Source: Octopus vulgaris (Eukaryota). From it: 64,000 nt of DNA. The DNA lies in contig CATOCA020000020.1 in NCBI GenBank assembly GCA_951406725.2, positions 1 to 64,000 on the forward strand. Direction: 5' to 3'. Shown here piece by piece: positions 46,861 to 58,606 of this stretch (within the stretch, counting starts at the first letter, position 1; each line of letters starts with the position of its first letter). The notes under the pieces are model-generated. The model had not been told where the DNA came from. It searched no databases and saw nothing but the letters and a program-made list of their open reading frames with translations. A program made the translations under genes and the position numbers.

Positions 46861-49800
46861 TCACAGGCGAAACCTGAGAACTGGTCCATTTATACAGGCC
46901 AGTCTCGCACAATTCACCCACCTTTCATAAAACTTGCTATCGGACAGCACTTTCCTCTCTAACCTCATCTTCCTTTTCAAGTGAAACTTGAAAAAGTTGA
47001 TGAGGCCTTGACCAAAGAGGAAAGTGTCTGACTTTAGCCCTTTCAAACGAGTCCACCACACGACTTCTTTCGCCACAGCCACAAGGCACAAGAAAACGGC
47101 CTCGCCCTCCTTGTTAAAGGAGGTCGGCGGGGCAATCTTCACTATGGATTCGGCCGATAGTCGGATCCGTCCTACACGTGACAGTAGCTGTTCGACATAA
47201 ACCCATATTTCAGCAATACTCGGGCACTGGACGAGTGCGTGCAGAACGGTTTCGTCGTCCTGGCAACACCTCGGGCAGGCCCGGCTGACGGCACTTCCGT
47301 GCCGGTAGAGTTTATCTCGAACAGGCAGAGCCCCTCGGTAGCACTGCCAGGCGAGAGACCTCTGGAAATTATCCATCGGCCCCGGCCCGAAAGTCCTCCC
47401 GAACAGACCGCTCAGTTCGTCGTCTTCAACGCCTAGAGTTTCCCCGAGAACGTCGTCGCATTTTTCCTCCACTAACCCTCTATAGAACGCTAGAGTGGAG
47501 CTGTAACCGACCGCATTGCCCGCCTGGTGGAGGGCGGAGAGGGCTTGACGGCACTCGAGGTGCCAAGCGCCCTTTCTCGGTCTACGTTTGATCCAGGTCT
47601 GCAGCTCCGTCAAAGAGACGAGCTGCGGAAAATCGCGTCTGACAAAAGACGACCACACCTGTTCACCGTCTAGGAAGCGCTTGAGATGCCGCAGCCTGAG
47701 CGCATGTCTGCGCAACAGCAACCACGGCATTCCAAGGCCTCCGTTCAGCGGTCGTTGACAGCAGATGGATCGCCTGACCAGTGGCACCTGACCCTTCCAC
47801 AAAAAGTCGAAGAGCAGGTGTACCAGCTTGGCCAACCAGCGGTCGGGACAAGGGACGACGGTCAAGCGGTAATAGATGACGGATGCGATGTACGCATTCG
47901 CCACCTCCGCTCGACCTTTCAGGGACAGCTTCCTCTCGGCCCATTTCTGGGTGAGACGTGCCACCCTGCTCGTCACCTCTTCCCAGTTCTTATCCACCTG
48001 GAGGTCCGGACCGAACCAGACCCCGAGCAGTTTAACGGGTCCGTCTGTCCAGCGCCCTACGACGCTGTTGGACGGCATGGGCTTGCCTCTCCAGGTGCCC
48101 AGTTGCAAGCCCACAGACTTTTCCGCGTTAATCTTTGCCCCTGTCACCGCTTCGTACTGGTTTAGCGTCTCGCCAATCAGGCCAATGTGCCTGTGGCTCG
48201 ACACCACCACGGTGACGTCGTCGGCATAAGCAGACACGCTGTTTCCGCCTCCTAGATCGCGCGGGATGCCCCTCAAAGCCTCCAACTTGCGCAGTAATGG
48301 CTCGAGAGTCAAAATGTACAAGAGGGAGGAGAGGGCATCCTTGGCGGACCGAACGCGAGATGTCGAACGGTTCCGAAAGGTGACCGTTCACCCGTATCAC
48401 CGAGCAGATGTTGCTGTATAAAGCAGCGATCCACCCGCGGAAGACTGGACCGAAGCCGGCTGCCTTGAGGACAGCTGCCAGGTACCGATGGTCGACCCTA
48501 TCGAAGGCTTTACTCTGATCCAAGTTGATCAAAGCCCCACCCGCGCCAGCGTCGTTACCCACCCTCTCTATGATGTAGCGCATGAGATGGAGGTTGTCGT
48601 GTATCGACCTGGTCGGCACGGCGCATGTCTGCGTCCCGCCGACCAGCTTGTCCACGACAAGCGCCAATCTCTTGGCTAGCACCTTGGCCAAAATCTTCAA
48701 CTCTGCATTGAGCAGAGTGATGGGCCGGAAATTGCCTATAACGTCCCCCTTGTTTGGGTCCTTCTTTAGCAAAGCCACCACCCCTCGACAGACAAAAGCA
48801 GGAATTCTCCCGTTTTGCTGCCAGTTGCAGTAGACGTTTGCCAACAGGTCCGCAAACAAGTCTGGCATTGAAAAGTAAAGCTCGTAGGGCAGACCATCCA
48901 AACCCGGCGATCTACCTCTCGTGCAACTCTTCATCGCTTCCTGTACTTCCCAGGCAGATATCGGTCCTTCGCAGCACTCTGCCTCGCTGTCCGAGAGTTG
49001 CGGCAGTCCGTCCAGGTACACACCGAAGTCTGTACCGTTGGTGTCCGTTCCACCGCTCGTCCCAAACAGTTGAGCAAAGTGCCGCTGAAGTACCGTACAC
49101 ATCTGCTTCGGTTGGGTAACCTCGCGCCCGTTCTGGTCCACCAAAGACCGAATGGTTGCTCTGTTGCCTCGCTTCGCCTCCGCCACGCGGGCCCATCGAG
49201 CGGCTCTAGTCCCCTCCCCGCTTAGCGAACGTGCCTTAGCTCTGACAACGCAGCCTTCGTGTTTGGCGTCGAAGTGTTGGTCGAGGGCCAACCTTGCCGC
49301 CAACACGTCGGTCGCGATGCCAGTGTCAAGAGCCTCGTCTAGTTTCTTAACTAAATCCCGCTCTCTCTTCCTACGTTCAATAGCTAGAGTCTTACTATAC
49401 CTAATCGACTCTACTCTAATTGCTCTCTTGAGGGCAAACCACCAGTTGTTGTTGATGATTGCCCCCGTGAGCGCCCGCTTAACTAGTAAACTAATCCGGT
49501 CTCTGTAAGCTTTGCACGCCGTTAACGACGCGTTCAGCTTCCAGTAGCCGGGTCCCTGTCTATGTAGCCTATCTAAGTCGACCGTACAGATCACTAATTT
49601 GTGGTCCGTATATTCGACTAGGTGGAATTGTGGACACCCTACGCTGTCCTTATCCGCTGGCCTACAAAACACTCTATCTAAGTACGATCTAGACGACCCG
49701 ATGCGGTTTGTCCAAGTCCACATTGGCACATTCGGGTTGTCTAGTCGAAACCTGTCGGACAGCTGAAAGCGGCCGAGTAGGTTGGCGAGGCTCTTGCACC

Positions 49801-50293
49801 CCCCCCCTCTCCTAACAGACGCTCCCCTGCCCACCCGATCGAAACGTTCGTCTAAGACAGCGTTCCAATCCCCAACTAGTACTAGAGTGCGTGACGTTCC
49901 CAGGAAAACTTCCAGACGTTTGAAATAATCCGACTGCCCTGCTCCTGTCGGAGCGTAGGCAGCCAGCAGTCTGAAAGCACCGCCGTCACTACCGTCCACG
50001 TCGAGGACCACCAACTTACCTTCCGGATCCAAGAAGACTGTCCTTATTTTCAGGTCCAGGCCCTTCCGAAACAACACCGCAGTACCACCACCGCCCGCTC
50101 CCGGCCGACACGGAGATAGAAATATCTCGTATCCGCCGAAAAGGGCTGCGAGTTCCTGCGGGTCGGAGAGCCTGGTTTCACTGATGGCTGCTACATCCAC
50201 ATCATGAAACCTCAGGTCGTTTAACAGGTGACCCTGTTTCCAAGGTGACCCGAGGCCTCTCACATTCAAGCAACCGATTCTAAGCTTTGCCAT
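46861..50293 (-). CDS. ORF2 with a 2-bp deletion in a GA repeat near 48330
   Basis: Split into 48128..50293 and 46861..48321; gaggagagggc versus gaggagagagggc. Confidence 0.86.
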
Positions 50294-50331
50294 GTCTCAA
50301 GAATTAGGGAAAAAAAAGGAGAAAAAAGGCT

Positions 50332-52208
50332 CTACTTACTGTTGTTGGTGGTGGGGGTGGCTCCCTTGTGCTTTTGCACGGGTGCTTCAAATATTTTTGT
50401 AAAGTTTCTGAGAGAAACTTTTCCCTAACGATCCCACATCGTTAGGGAATATTTGTTTTATTTCATTGTACACTGTTTTGTTTATTTTTATTGTGAGAAT
50501 GTGTGCTGGTGGTGTGTTGTGTGTAGGTATTATGAAATCTGTAATGTTTGTGCTTGTTTTGTTTTTCAAATACTCAACCAGTTCCTGGTTTCTTGTATTC
50601 ACTGCTGTAATCGTGTCTGTAATTGTGTCTGTGTTTGTTTGTGTCTGTGGTAGTGGCAGTAGTGGTGTCGAAAGTGTTGTTGTTGTTGTTTGTTGTTGTG
50701 AGTGTGTGTTGTTGTTGATGTTGTTGTTGATGTTGGGAAGTACTATTTGTTCGTGCTTCCCCTGTAAATCTTTTTGTTTTTCCTCCTTTTCTTTTTTGGA
50801 GGTACTATATTCCATTCTCCTTTGTTGGAATCCGAGCTCGCACAATCCGAGATCTCTTCATCCGGCAAAGGAATGGTTGAGGGGTCTGCTTCAGTAGCAG
50901 GACGAAAAGTTTCTGGTTCCGCCGGTATCGGTGGTGCCGCTGCTCCTGTTACTGTTGATGTCGCTGCTGTCGACCTTCGAGGTACTGGTGTCGGTGTTGG
51001 TTTGGTGGTGGTTGTCGGTGTTGGTTTGGTGGTGGTTGTTGTTGTTGGAGGTGGTGTTGTTCGTCTTGGTGCTGGTGTTGGTGATGGTGTTGGTGGTGTG
51101 GCAGCCTTTGGTTTTTCTTGCTGTTTTTGTTGTTTCTGTTGTTGTTGCTTGTGTTGTTGTTGTTGTTGTTGTTGTTGTGCTGCTGCCTCTTGCTATACTC
51201 CTCCATTCTCTTTTTTTGAATGGGGCAGTCCCTTTTTAGGTGGCTTTCGCTACTGCAGAGGAAACATTTTGGCTTTCGCCCCTCTACAATAACATTTAGC
51301 CTGGTCCCATCCAGCAAGATGACAAAGTCAGGTATGGCATTGATGTTTTCCTGCTGGATCTGTACCAGCAGTTGAATACCCATGCCTGACCAGTTCTTTT
51401 CTCGTACCCTCCGAACATTCAGAATAGTGGCAGTGTCCTCTATGCCATAGAGGACAGCCGCCACTAGCCATGAGATTTTCTGTTCGGGGGGTATTGTGCT
51501 TATGGTTATTTTTTGTACCTTACGCCCGAGGTACGTCGGGACGAGGAACAAATGTTCATTTTGCAAGGGCGAAATGGCGTTTGCCCTTGCAAGCTCCTCT
51601 GTTGGGAAGCGAACCTCCACGGTTCCAAATCGCTTCCCTCTTGTCACATAGCTCTTCTGGCCCCAAATGGGCTTCAGAGCCATCTCCAACTGTTGTGGTG
51701 TGGCGTTAAACAATCTTTTAGTTTTCTTTTCGAAGACTTTATAAAAGATTGTTCTTTTGCTTGTTTCTTGTGTGAGTTGTTGAGGTGTGTTGAGGAAAAC
51801 ACTGTTCCCCTCCTTTCTCAACAAATCTTGTGCCATTTTTATGTCCTCCATTGTAATTTCTACATCTTCCGAAATTTGCTTCGCAGCAGAAGCAAAATCG
51901 TTAGAAGCTTTTACAGTTTTTTGTTGGTTCTTGTCTGTGTTTGTGTCTGTTATAATTTTCTTTACCTCCCCCTTCGGTACAGCATCACTTGTTGAAGGCA
52001 GAGGGGGAAATCAAGAGTGACGTCGAACGCGACGTCCTGGCATGCATTCTCCTTTTGAACCGAGCGCGTGCTCTCCGGTTCGGAAGGAGGAGCTTTGTTG
52101 CCTTTTACGGCCTGAAATGGGTTGTACGTAACCCGTGACGTTATTTTTTTGTTCTTGTAGGGGGTGTTGCAAGAAGGAGGAAGAGCCAGCAGCTCGTTTC
52201 AGTGCCAT
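50332..52208 (-). CDS. ORF1, type A, apparent frameshifts
   Basis: Pieces 50949..51851 and 50387..50845. Confidence 0.84.
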
Positions 52209-52728
52209 TTTGTAATGTGTGTGTGCAAAAAATGTCAATTTCAAAAGGATAGACAGTAATTTCACCCCGAATGGGGCAAAATTTCGCCCAACCGACGAGC
52301 TCCGCAAGAAGCCGGTCGGTTTGGCTACAAAAATATTAAAAAATATTCAAACCTTATTAATAGATTTCCAATGAAATTGGTGTCAAATTCACGGAGCTGA
52401 TTCACGTACGTCCATCGGCGTCGGAAGGAATAATAATAATAATCAATTCTTTTTTATTGGCCACAAGGGCTGACACGCATGATTACATAAAGGGACAAGA
52501 CAGGACGAAAGGTTACAAAGGGTTTTGTCCGTTTTTTTAAAAACATCGAGTAAAAATCTTTATAACAATGATTATAAAATTCAACAATGAAAAACTCCCA
52601 AAAGGGGGAGACGTCTCGAAATGTTCCCGGTGGAAAAAACCCTACAAAAGCCAACGGGAGCCTGGTCAAAAAAAGGGGGTGTAGAGAGTCCCCTTTCTTC
52701 TCCTTTTACATTACCTTTTTCTTTGAAA

Positions 52729-55700
52729 TCACAGGCGAAACCTGAGAACTGGTCCATTTATACAGGCCAGTCTCGCACAATTCACCCACCTTTCATAAAA
52801 CTTGCTATCGGACAGCACTTTCCTCTCTAACCTCATCTTCCTTTTCAAGTGAAACTTGAAAAAGTTGATGAGGCCTTGACCAAAGAGGAAAGTGTCTGAC
52901 TTTAGCCCTTTCAAACGAGTCCACCACACGACTTCTTTCGCCACAGCCACAAGGCACAAGAAAACGGCCTCGCCCTCCTTGTTAAAGGAGGTCGGCGGGG
53001 CAATCTTCACTATGGATTCGGCCGATAGTCGGATCCGTCCTACACGTGACAGTAGCTGTTCGACATAAACCCATATTTCAGCAATACTCGGGCACTGGAC
53101 GAGTGCGTGCAGAACGGTTTCGTCGTCCTGGCAACACCTCGGGCAGGCCCGGCTGACGGCACTTCCGTGCCGGTAGAGTTTATCTCGAACAGGCAGAGCC
53201 CCTCGGTAGCACTGCCAGGCGAGAGACCTCTGGAAATTATCCATCGGCCCCGGCCCGAAAGTCCTCCCGAACAGACCGCTCAGTTCGTCGTCTTCAACGC
53301 CTAGAGTTTCCCCGAGAACGTCGTCGCATTTTTCCTCCACTAACCCTCTATAGAACGCTAGAGTGGAGCTGTAACCGACCGCATTGCCCGCCTGGTGGAG
53401 GGCGGAGAGGGCTTGACGGCACTCGAGGTGCCAAGCGCCCTTTCTCGGTCTACGTTTGATCCAGGTCTGCAGCTCCGTCAAAGAGACGAGCTGCGGAAAA
53501 TCGCGTCTGACAAAAGACGACCACACCTGTTCACCGTCTAGGAAGCGCTTGAGATGCCGCAGCCTGAGCGCATGTCTGCGCAACAGCAACCACGGCATTC
53601 CAAGGCCTCCGTTCAGCGGTCGTTGACAGCAGATGGATCGCCTGACCAGTGGCACCTGACCCTTCCACAAAAAGTCGAAGAGCAGGTGTACCAGCTTGGC
53701 CAACCAGCGGTCGGGACAAGGGACGACGGTCAAGCGGTAATAGATGACGGATGCGATGTACGCATTCGCCACCTCCGCTCGACCTTTCAGGGACAGCTTC
53801 CTCTCGGCCCATTTCTGGGTGAGACGTGCCACCCTGCTCGTCACCTCTTCCCAGTTCTTATCCACCTGGAGGTCCGGACCGAACCAGACCCCGAGCAGTT
53901 TAACGGGTCCGTCTGTCCAGCGCCCTACGACGCTGTTGGACGGCATGGGCTTGCCTCTCCAGGTGCCCAGTTGCAAGCCCACAGACTTTTCCGCGTTAAT
54001 CTTTGCCCCTGTCACCGCTTCGTACTGGTTTAGCGTCTCGCCAATCAGGCCAATGTGCCTGTGGCTCGACACCACCACGGTGACGTCGTCGGCATAAGCA
54101 GACACGCTGTTTCCGCCTCCTAGATCGCGCGGGATGCCCCTCAAAGCCTCCAACTTGCGCAGTAATGGCTCGAGAGTCAAAATGTACAAGAGGGAGGAGA
54201 GAGGGCATCCTTGGCGGACCGAACGCGAGATGTCGAACGGTTCCGAAAGGTGACCGTTCACCCGTATCACCGAGCAGATGTTGCTGTATAAAGCAGCGAT
54301 CCACCCGCGGAAGACTGGACCGAAGCCGGCTGCCTTGAGGACAGCTGCCAGGTACCGATGGTCGACCCTATCGAAGGCTTTACTCTGATCCAAGTTGATC
54401 AAAGCCCCACCCGCGCCAGCGTCGTTACCCACCCTCTCTATGATGTAGCGCATGAGATGGAGGTTGTCGTGTATCGACCTGGTCGGCACGGCGCATGTCT
54501 GCGTCCCGCCGACCAGCTTGTCCACGACAAGCGCCAATCTCTTGGCTAACACCTTGGCCAAAATCTTCAACTCTGCATTGAGCAGAGTGATGGGCCGGAA
54601 ATTGCCTATAACGTCCCCCTTGTTTGGGTCCTTCTTTAGCAAAGCCACCACCCCTCGACAGACAAAAGCAGGAATTCTCCCGTTTTGCTGCCAGTTGCAG
54701 TAGACGTTTGCCAACAGGTCCGCAAACAAGTCTGGCATTGAAAAGTAAAGCTCGTAGGGCAGACCATCCAAACCCGGCGATCTACCTCTCGTGCAACTCT
54801 TCATCGCTTCCTGTACTTCCCAGGCAGATATCGGTCCTTCGCAGCACTCTGCCTCGCTGTCCGAGAGTTGCGGCAGTCCGTCCAGGTACACACCGAAGTC
54901 TGTACCGTTGGTGTCCGTTCCACCGCTCGTCCCAAACAGTTGAGCAAAGTGCCGCTGAAGTACCGTACACATCTGCTTCGGTTGGGTAACCTCGCGCCCG
55001 TTCTGGTCCACCAAAGACCGAATGGTTGCTCTGTTGCCTCGCTTCGCCTCCGCCACGCGGGCCCATCGAGCGGCTCTAGTCCCCTCCCCGCTTAGCGAAC
55101 GTGCCTTAGCTCTGACAACGCAGCCTTCGTGTTTGGCGTCGAAGTGTTGGTCGAGGGCCAACCTTGCCGCCAACACGTCGGTCGCGATGCCAGTGTCAAG
55201 AGCCTCGTCTAGTTTCTTAACTAAATCCCGCTCTCTCTTCCTACGTTCAATAGCTAGAGTCTTACTATACCTAATCGACTCTACTCTAATTGCTCTCTTG
55301 AGGGCAAACCACCAGTTGTTGTTGATGATTGCCCCCGTGAGCGCCCGCTTAACTAGTAAACTAATCCGGTCTCTGTAAGCTTTGCACGCCGTTAACGACG
55401 CGTTCAGCTTCCAGTAGCCGGGTCCCTGTCTATGTAGCCTATCTAAGTCGACCGTACAGATCACTAATTTGTGGTCCGTATATTCGACTAGGTGGAATTG
55501 TGGACACCCTACGCTGTCCTTATCCGCTGGCCTACAAAACACTCTATCTAAGTACGATCTAGACGACCCGATGCGGTTTGTCCAAGTCCACATTGGCACA
55601 TTCGGGTTGTCTAGTCGAAACCTGTCGGACAGCTGAAAGCGGCCGAGTAGGTTGGCGAGGCTCTTGCACCCTCCCCCTCTCCTAACAGACGCTCCCCTGC

Positions 55701-56163
55701 CCACCCGATCGAAACGTTCGTCTAAGACAGCGTTCCAATCCCCAACTAGTACTAGAGTGCGTGACGTTCCCAGGAAAACTTCCAGACGTTTGAAATAATC
55801 CGACTGCCCTGCTCCTGTCGGAGCGTAGGCAGCCAGCAGTCTGAAAGCACCGCCGTCACTACCGTCCACGTCGAGGACCACCAACTTACCTTCCGGATCC
55901 AAGAAGACTGTTCTTATTTTCAGGTCCAGGCCCTTCCGAAACAACACCGCAGTACCACCACCGCCCGCTCCCGGCCGACACGGAGATAGAAATATCTCGT
56001 ATCCGCCGAAAAGGGCTGCGAGTTCCTGCGGGTCGGAGAGCCTGGTTTCACTGATGGCTGCTATATCCACATCATGAAACCTCAGGTCGTTTAACAGGTG
56101 ACCCTGTTTCCAAGGTGACCCGAGGCCTCTCACATTCAAGCAACCGATTCTAAGATTTGCCAT
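52729..56163 (-). CDS. ORF2 APE endonuclease / reverse transcriptase, 1144 aa, intact
   Basis: Same translation as 5782..9216. Confidence 0.97.
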   Translation of the reverse strand: MANLRIGCLNVRGLGSPWKQGHLLNDLRFHDVDIAAISETRLSDPQELAALFGGYEIFLSPCRPGAGGGGTAVLFRKGLDLKIRTVFLDPEGKLVVLDVDGSDGGAFRLLAAYAPTGAGQSDYFKRLEVFLGTSRTLVLVGDWNAVLDERFDRVGRGASVRRGGGCKSLANLLGRFQLSDRFRLDNPNVPMWTWTNRIGSSRSYLDRVFCRPADKDSVGCPQFHLVEYTDHKLVICTVDLDRLHRQGPGYWKLNASLTACKAYRDRISLLVKRALTGAIINNNWWFALKRAIRVESIRYSKTLAIERRKRERDLVKKLDEALDTGIATDVLAARLALDQHFDAKHEGCVVRAKARSLSGEGTRAARWARVAEAKRGNRATIRSLVDQNGREVTQPKQMCTVLQRHFAQLFGTSGGTDTNGTDFGVYLDGLPQLSDSEAECCEGPISAWEVQEAMKSCTRGRSPGLDGLPYELYFSMPDLFADLLANVYCNWQQNGRIPAFVCRGVVALLKKDPNKGDVIGNFRPITLLNAELKILAKVLAKRLALVVDKLVGGTQTCAVPTRSIHDNLHLMRYIIERVGNDAGAGGALINLDQSKAFDRVDHRYLAAVLKAAGFGPVFRGWIAALYSNICSVIRVNGHLSEPFDISRSVRQGCPLSSLLYILTLEPLLRKLEALRGIPRDLGGGNSVSAYADDVTVVVSSHRHIGLIGETLNQYEAVTGAKINAEKSVGLQLGTWRGKPMPSNSVVGRWTDGPVKLLGVWFGPDLQVDKNWEEVTSRVARLTQKWAERKLSLKGRAEVANAYIASVIYYRLTVVPCPDRWLAKLVHLLFDFLWKGQVPLVRRSICCQRPLNGGLGMPWLLLRRHALRLRHLKRFLDGEQVWSSFVRRDFPQLVSLTELQTWIKRRPRKGAWHLECRQALSALHQAGNAVGYSSTLAFYRGLVEEKCDDVLGETLGVEDDELSGLFGRTFGPGPMDNFQRSLAWQCYRGALPVRDKLYRHGSAVSRACPRCCQDDETVLHALVQCPSIAEIWVYVEQLLSRVGRIRLSAESIVKIAPPTSFNKEGEAVFLCLVAVAKEVVWWTRLKGLKSDTFLFGQGLINFFKFHLKRKMRLERKVLSDSKFYERWVNCARLACINGPVLRFRL

Positions 56164-56202
56164 GTCTCAAAATTAGGGGAAAAAAAAAGGAGAAAAAAGG
56201 CT

Positions 56203-57024
56203 CTACTTACTGTTGTTGGTGGTGGGGGTGGCTCCCTTGTGCTTTTGCACGGGTGCTTCAATAATATTTTTGTAAAGTTTCTGAGAGAAACTTTTCCCTA
56301 ACGATCCCACATCGTTAGGGAATATTTGTTTTATTTCATTGTACACTGTTTTGTTTATTTTTATTGTGAGAATGTGTGCTGGTGGTGTGTTGTGTGTAGG
56401 TATTATGAAATCTGTAATGTTTGTGCTTGTTTTGTTTTTCAAATACTCAACCAGTTCCTGGTTTCTTGTATTCACTGCTGTAATCGTGTCTGTAATTGTG
56501 TCTGTGTTTGTTTGTGTCTGTGGTAGTGGCAGTAGTGGTGTCGAAAGTGTTGTTGTTGTTGTTTGTTGTTGTGAGTGTGTGTTGTTGTTGATGTTGTTGT
56601 TGATGTTGGGAAGTACTATTTGTTCGTGCTTCCCCTGTAAAACTTTTTGTTTTTTCCTCCTTTTCTTTTTTGGAGGTACTATATTCCATTCTCCTTTGTT
56701 GGAATCCGAGCTCGCACAATCCGAGATCTCTTCATCCGGCAAAGGAATGGTTGAGGGTCTGCTTCAGTAGCAGGACGAAAAGTTTCTGGTTCCACCGGTA
56801 TCGGTGGTGCCGCTGCTCCTGTTACTGTTGATGTCGCTGCTGTCGACCTTCGAGGTACTGGTGTCGGTGTTGGTTTGGTGGTGGTTGTCGGTGTTGGTTT
56901 GGTGGTGGTTGTTGTTGTTGGAGGTGGTGTTGTTCGTCTTGGTGCTGGTGTTGGTGATGGTGTTGGTGGTGTGGCAGCCTTTGGTTTTTCTTGCTGTTTT
57001 TGTTGTTTCTGTTGTTGTTGCTTG

Positions 57025-57055
<31 letters not shown>

Positions 57056-58087
57056 GCTGCTGCTGCCTCTTGCTATACTCCTCCATTCTCTTTTTTTGAA
57101 TGGGGCAGTCCCTTTTTAGGTGGCTTTCGCTACTGCAGAGGAAACATTTTGGCTTTCGCCCCTCTACAATAACATTTAGCCTGGTCCCATCCAGCAAGAT
57201 GACAAAGTCAGGTATGGCATTGATGTTTTCCTGCTGGATCTGTACCAGCAGTTGAATACCCATGCCTGACCAGTTCTTTTCTCGTACCCTCCGAACATTC
57301 AGAATAGTGGCAGTGTCCTCTATGCCATAGAGGACAGCCGCCACTAGCCATGAGATTTTCTGTTCGGGGGGTATTGTGCTTATAGTTATTTTTTGTACCT
57401 TACGCCCGAGGTACGTCGGGACGAGGAACAAATGTTCATTTTGCAAGGGCGAAATGGCGTTCGCCCTTGCAAGCTCCTCTGTTGGGAAGCGAACCTCCAC
57501 GGTTCCAAATCGCTTCCCTCTTGTCACATAGCTCTTCTGGCCCCAAATGGGCTTCAGAGCCATCTCCAACTGTTGTGGTGTGGCGTTAAACAATCTTTTA
57601 GTTTTCTTTTCGAAGACTTTATAAAAGATTGTTCTTTTGCTTGTTTCTTGTGTGAGTTGTTGAGGTGTGTTGAGGAAAACACTGTTCCCCTCCTTTCTCA
57701 ACAAATCTTGTGCCATTTTTATGTCCTCCATTGTAATTTCTACATCTTCCGAAATTTGCTTCGCAGCAGAAGCAAAATCGTTAGAAGCTTTTACAGTTTT
57801 TTGTTGGTTCTTGTCTGTGTTTGTGTCTGTTATAATTTTCTTTACCTCCCCCTTCGGTACAGCATCACTTGTTGAAGGCAGAGGGGGAAATCAAGAGTGA
57901 CGTCGAACGCGACGTCCTGGCATGCATTCTCCTTTTGAACCGAGCGCGTGCTCTCCGGTTCGGAAGGAGGAGCTTTGTTGCCTTTTACGGCCTGAAATGG
58001 GTTGTACGTAACCCGTGACGTTATTTTTTGTTCTTGTAGGGGGTGTTGCAAGAAGGAGGAAGAGCCAGCAGCTCGTTTCAGTGCCAT
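56203..58087 (-). CDS. ORF1, type A, apparent frameshifts
   Basis: Pieces 56203..56742, 56679..57731, 57842..58186. Confidence 0.86.
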
Positions 58088-58606
58088 TTTGTAATGTGTG
58101 TGTGCAAAAAATGTCAATTTCAAAAGGATAGACAGTAATTTCACCCCGAATGGGGCAAAATTTCGCCCAACCGACGAGCTCCGCAAGAAGCCGGTCGGTT
58201 TGGCTACAAAAATATTAAAAAATATTCAAGCTTATTAAAAAATTTCCAATAAAATTGGCACAAAACTCACAGAGCTGATTCACGTACGTCCATCGGCGTC
58301 GGAAGGAATAATAATAATAATAATCAATTCTTTTTTATTGGCCACAAGGGCTGACACGCATGATTACATAAAGGGACAAGACAGGACGAAAGGTTACAAA
58401 GGGTTTTGTCCGTTTGTTAAAAACATCCGAGTAAAAATCTTTATAACAATGATTATAAAATTCAACAATGAAAAACTCCCAAAAGGGGAGACGTCTCGAA
58501 ATGTTCCCGGTGGAAAAAACCCTACAAAAGCCAACGGGAGCCTGGTCAAAAAGGGGGTGTAGAGAGTCCCCTTTCTTCTCCTTTTACATTACCTTTTTCT
58601 TTGAAA

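Larger units (their letters stand above)
46563..52428 (-). mobile_element. Non-LTR retrotransposon unit 9, full length
   Basis: Collinear with unit 2 between junctions. Confidence 0.95.
52429..58306 (-). mobile_element. Non-LTR retrotransposon unit 10, full length
   Basis: Collinear with unit 2 between junctions. Confidence 0.95.

Noticed and set aside
5487-58324. CRISPR-like array, retron, DGR or other prokaryotic RT system
   Set aside because: The repeat unit is a whole 5.87-kb element with no unique spacers; the RT is fused to an APE endonuclease, which marks a eukaryotic non-LTR element.
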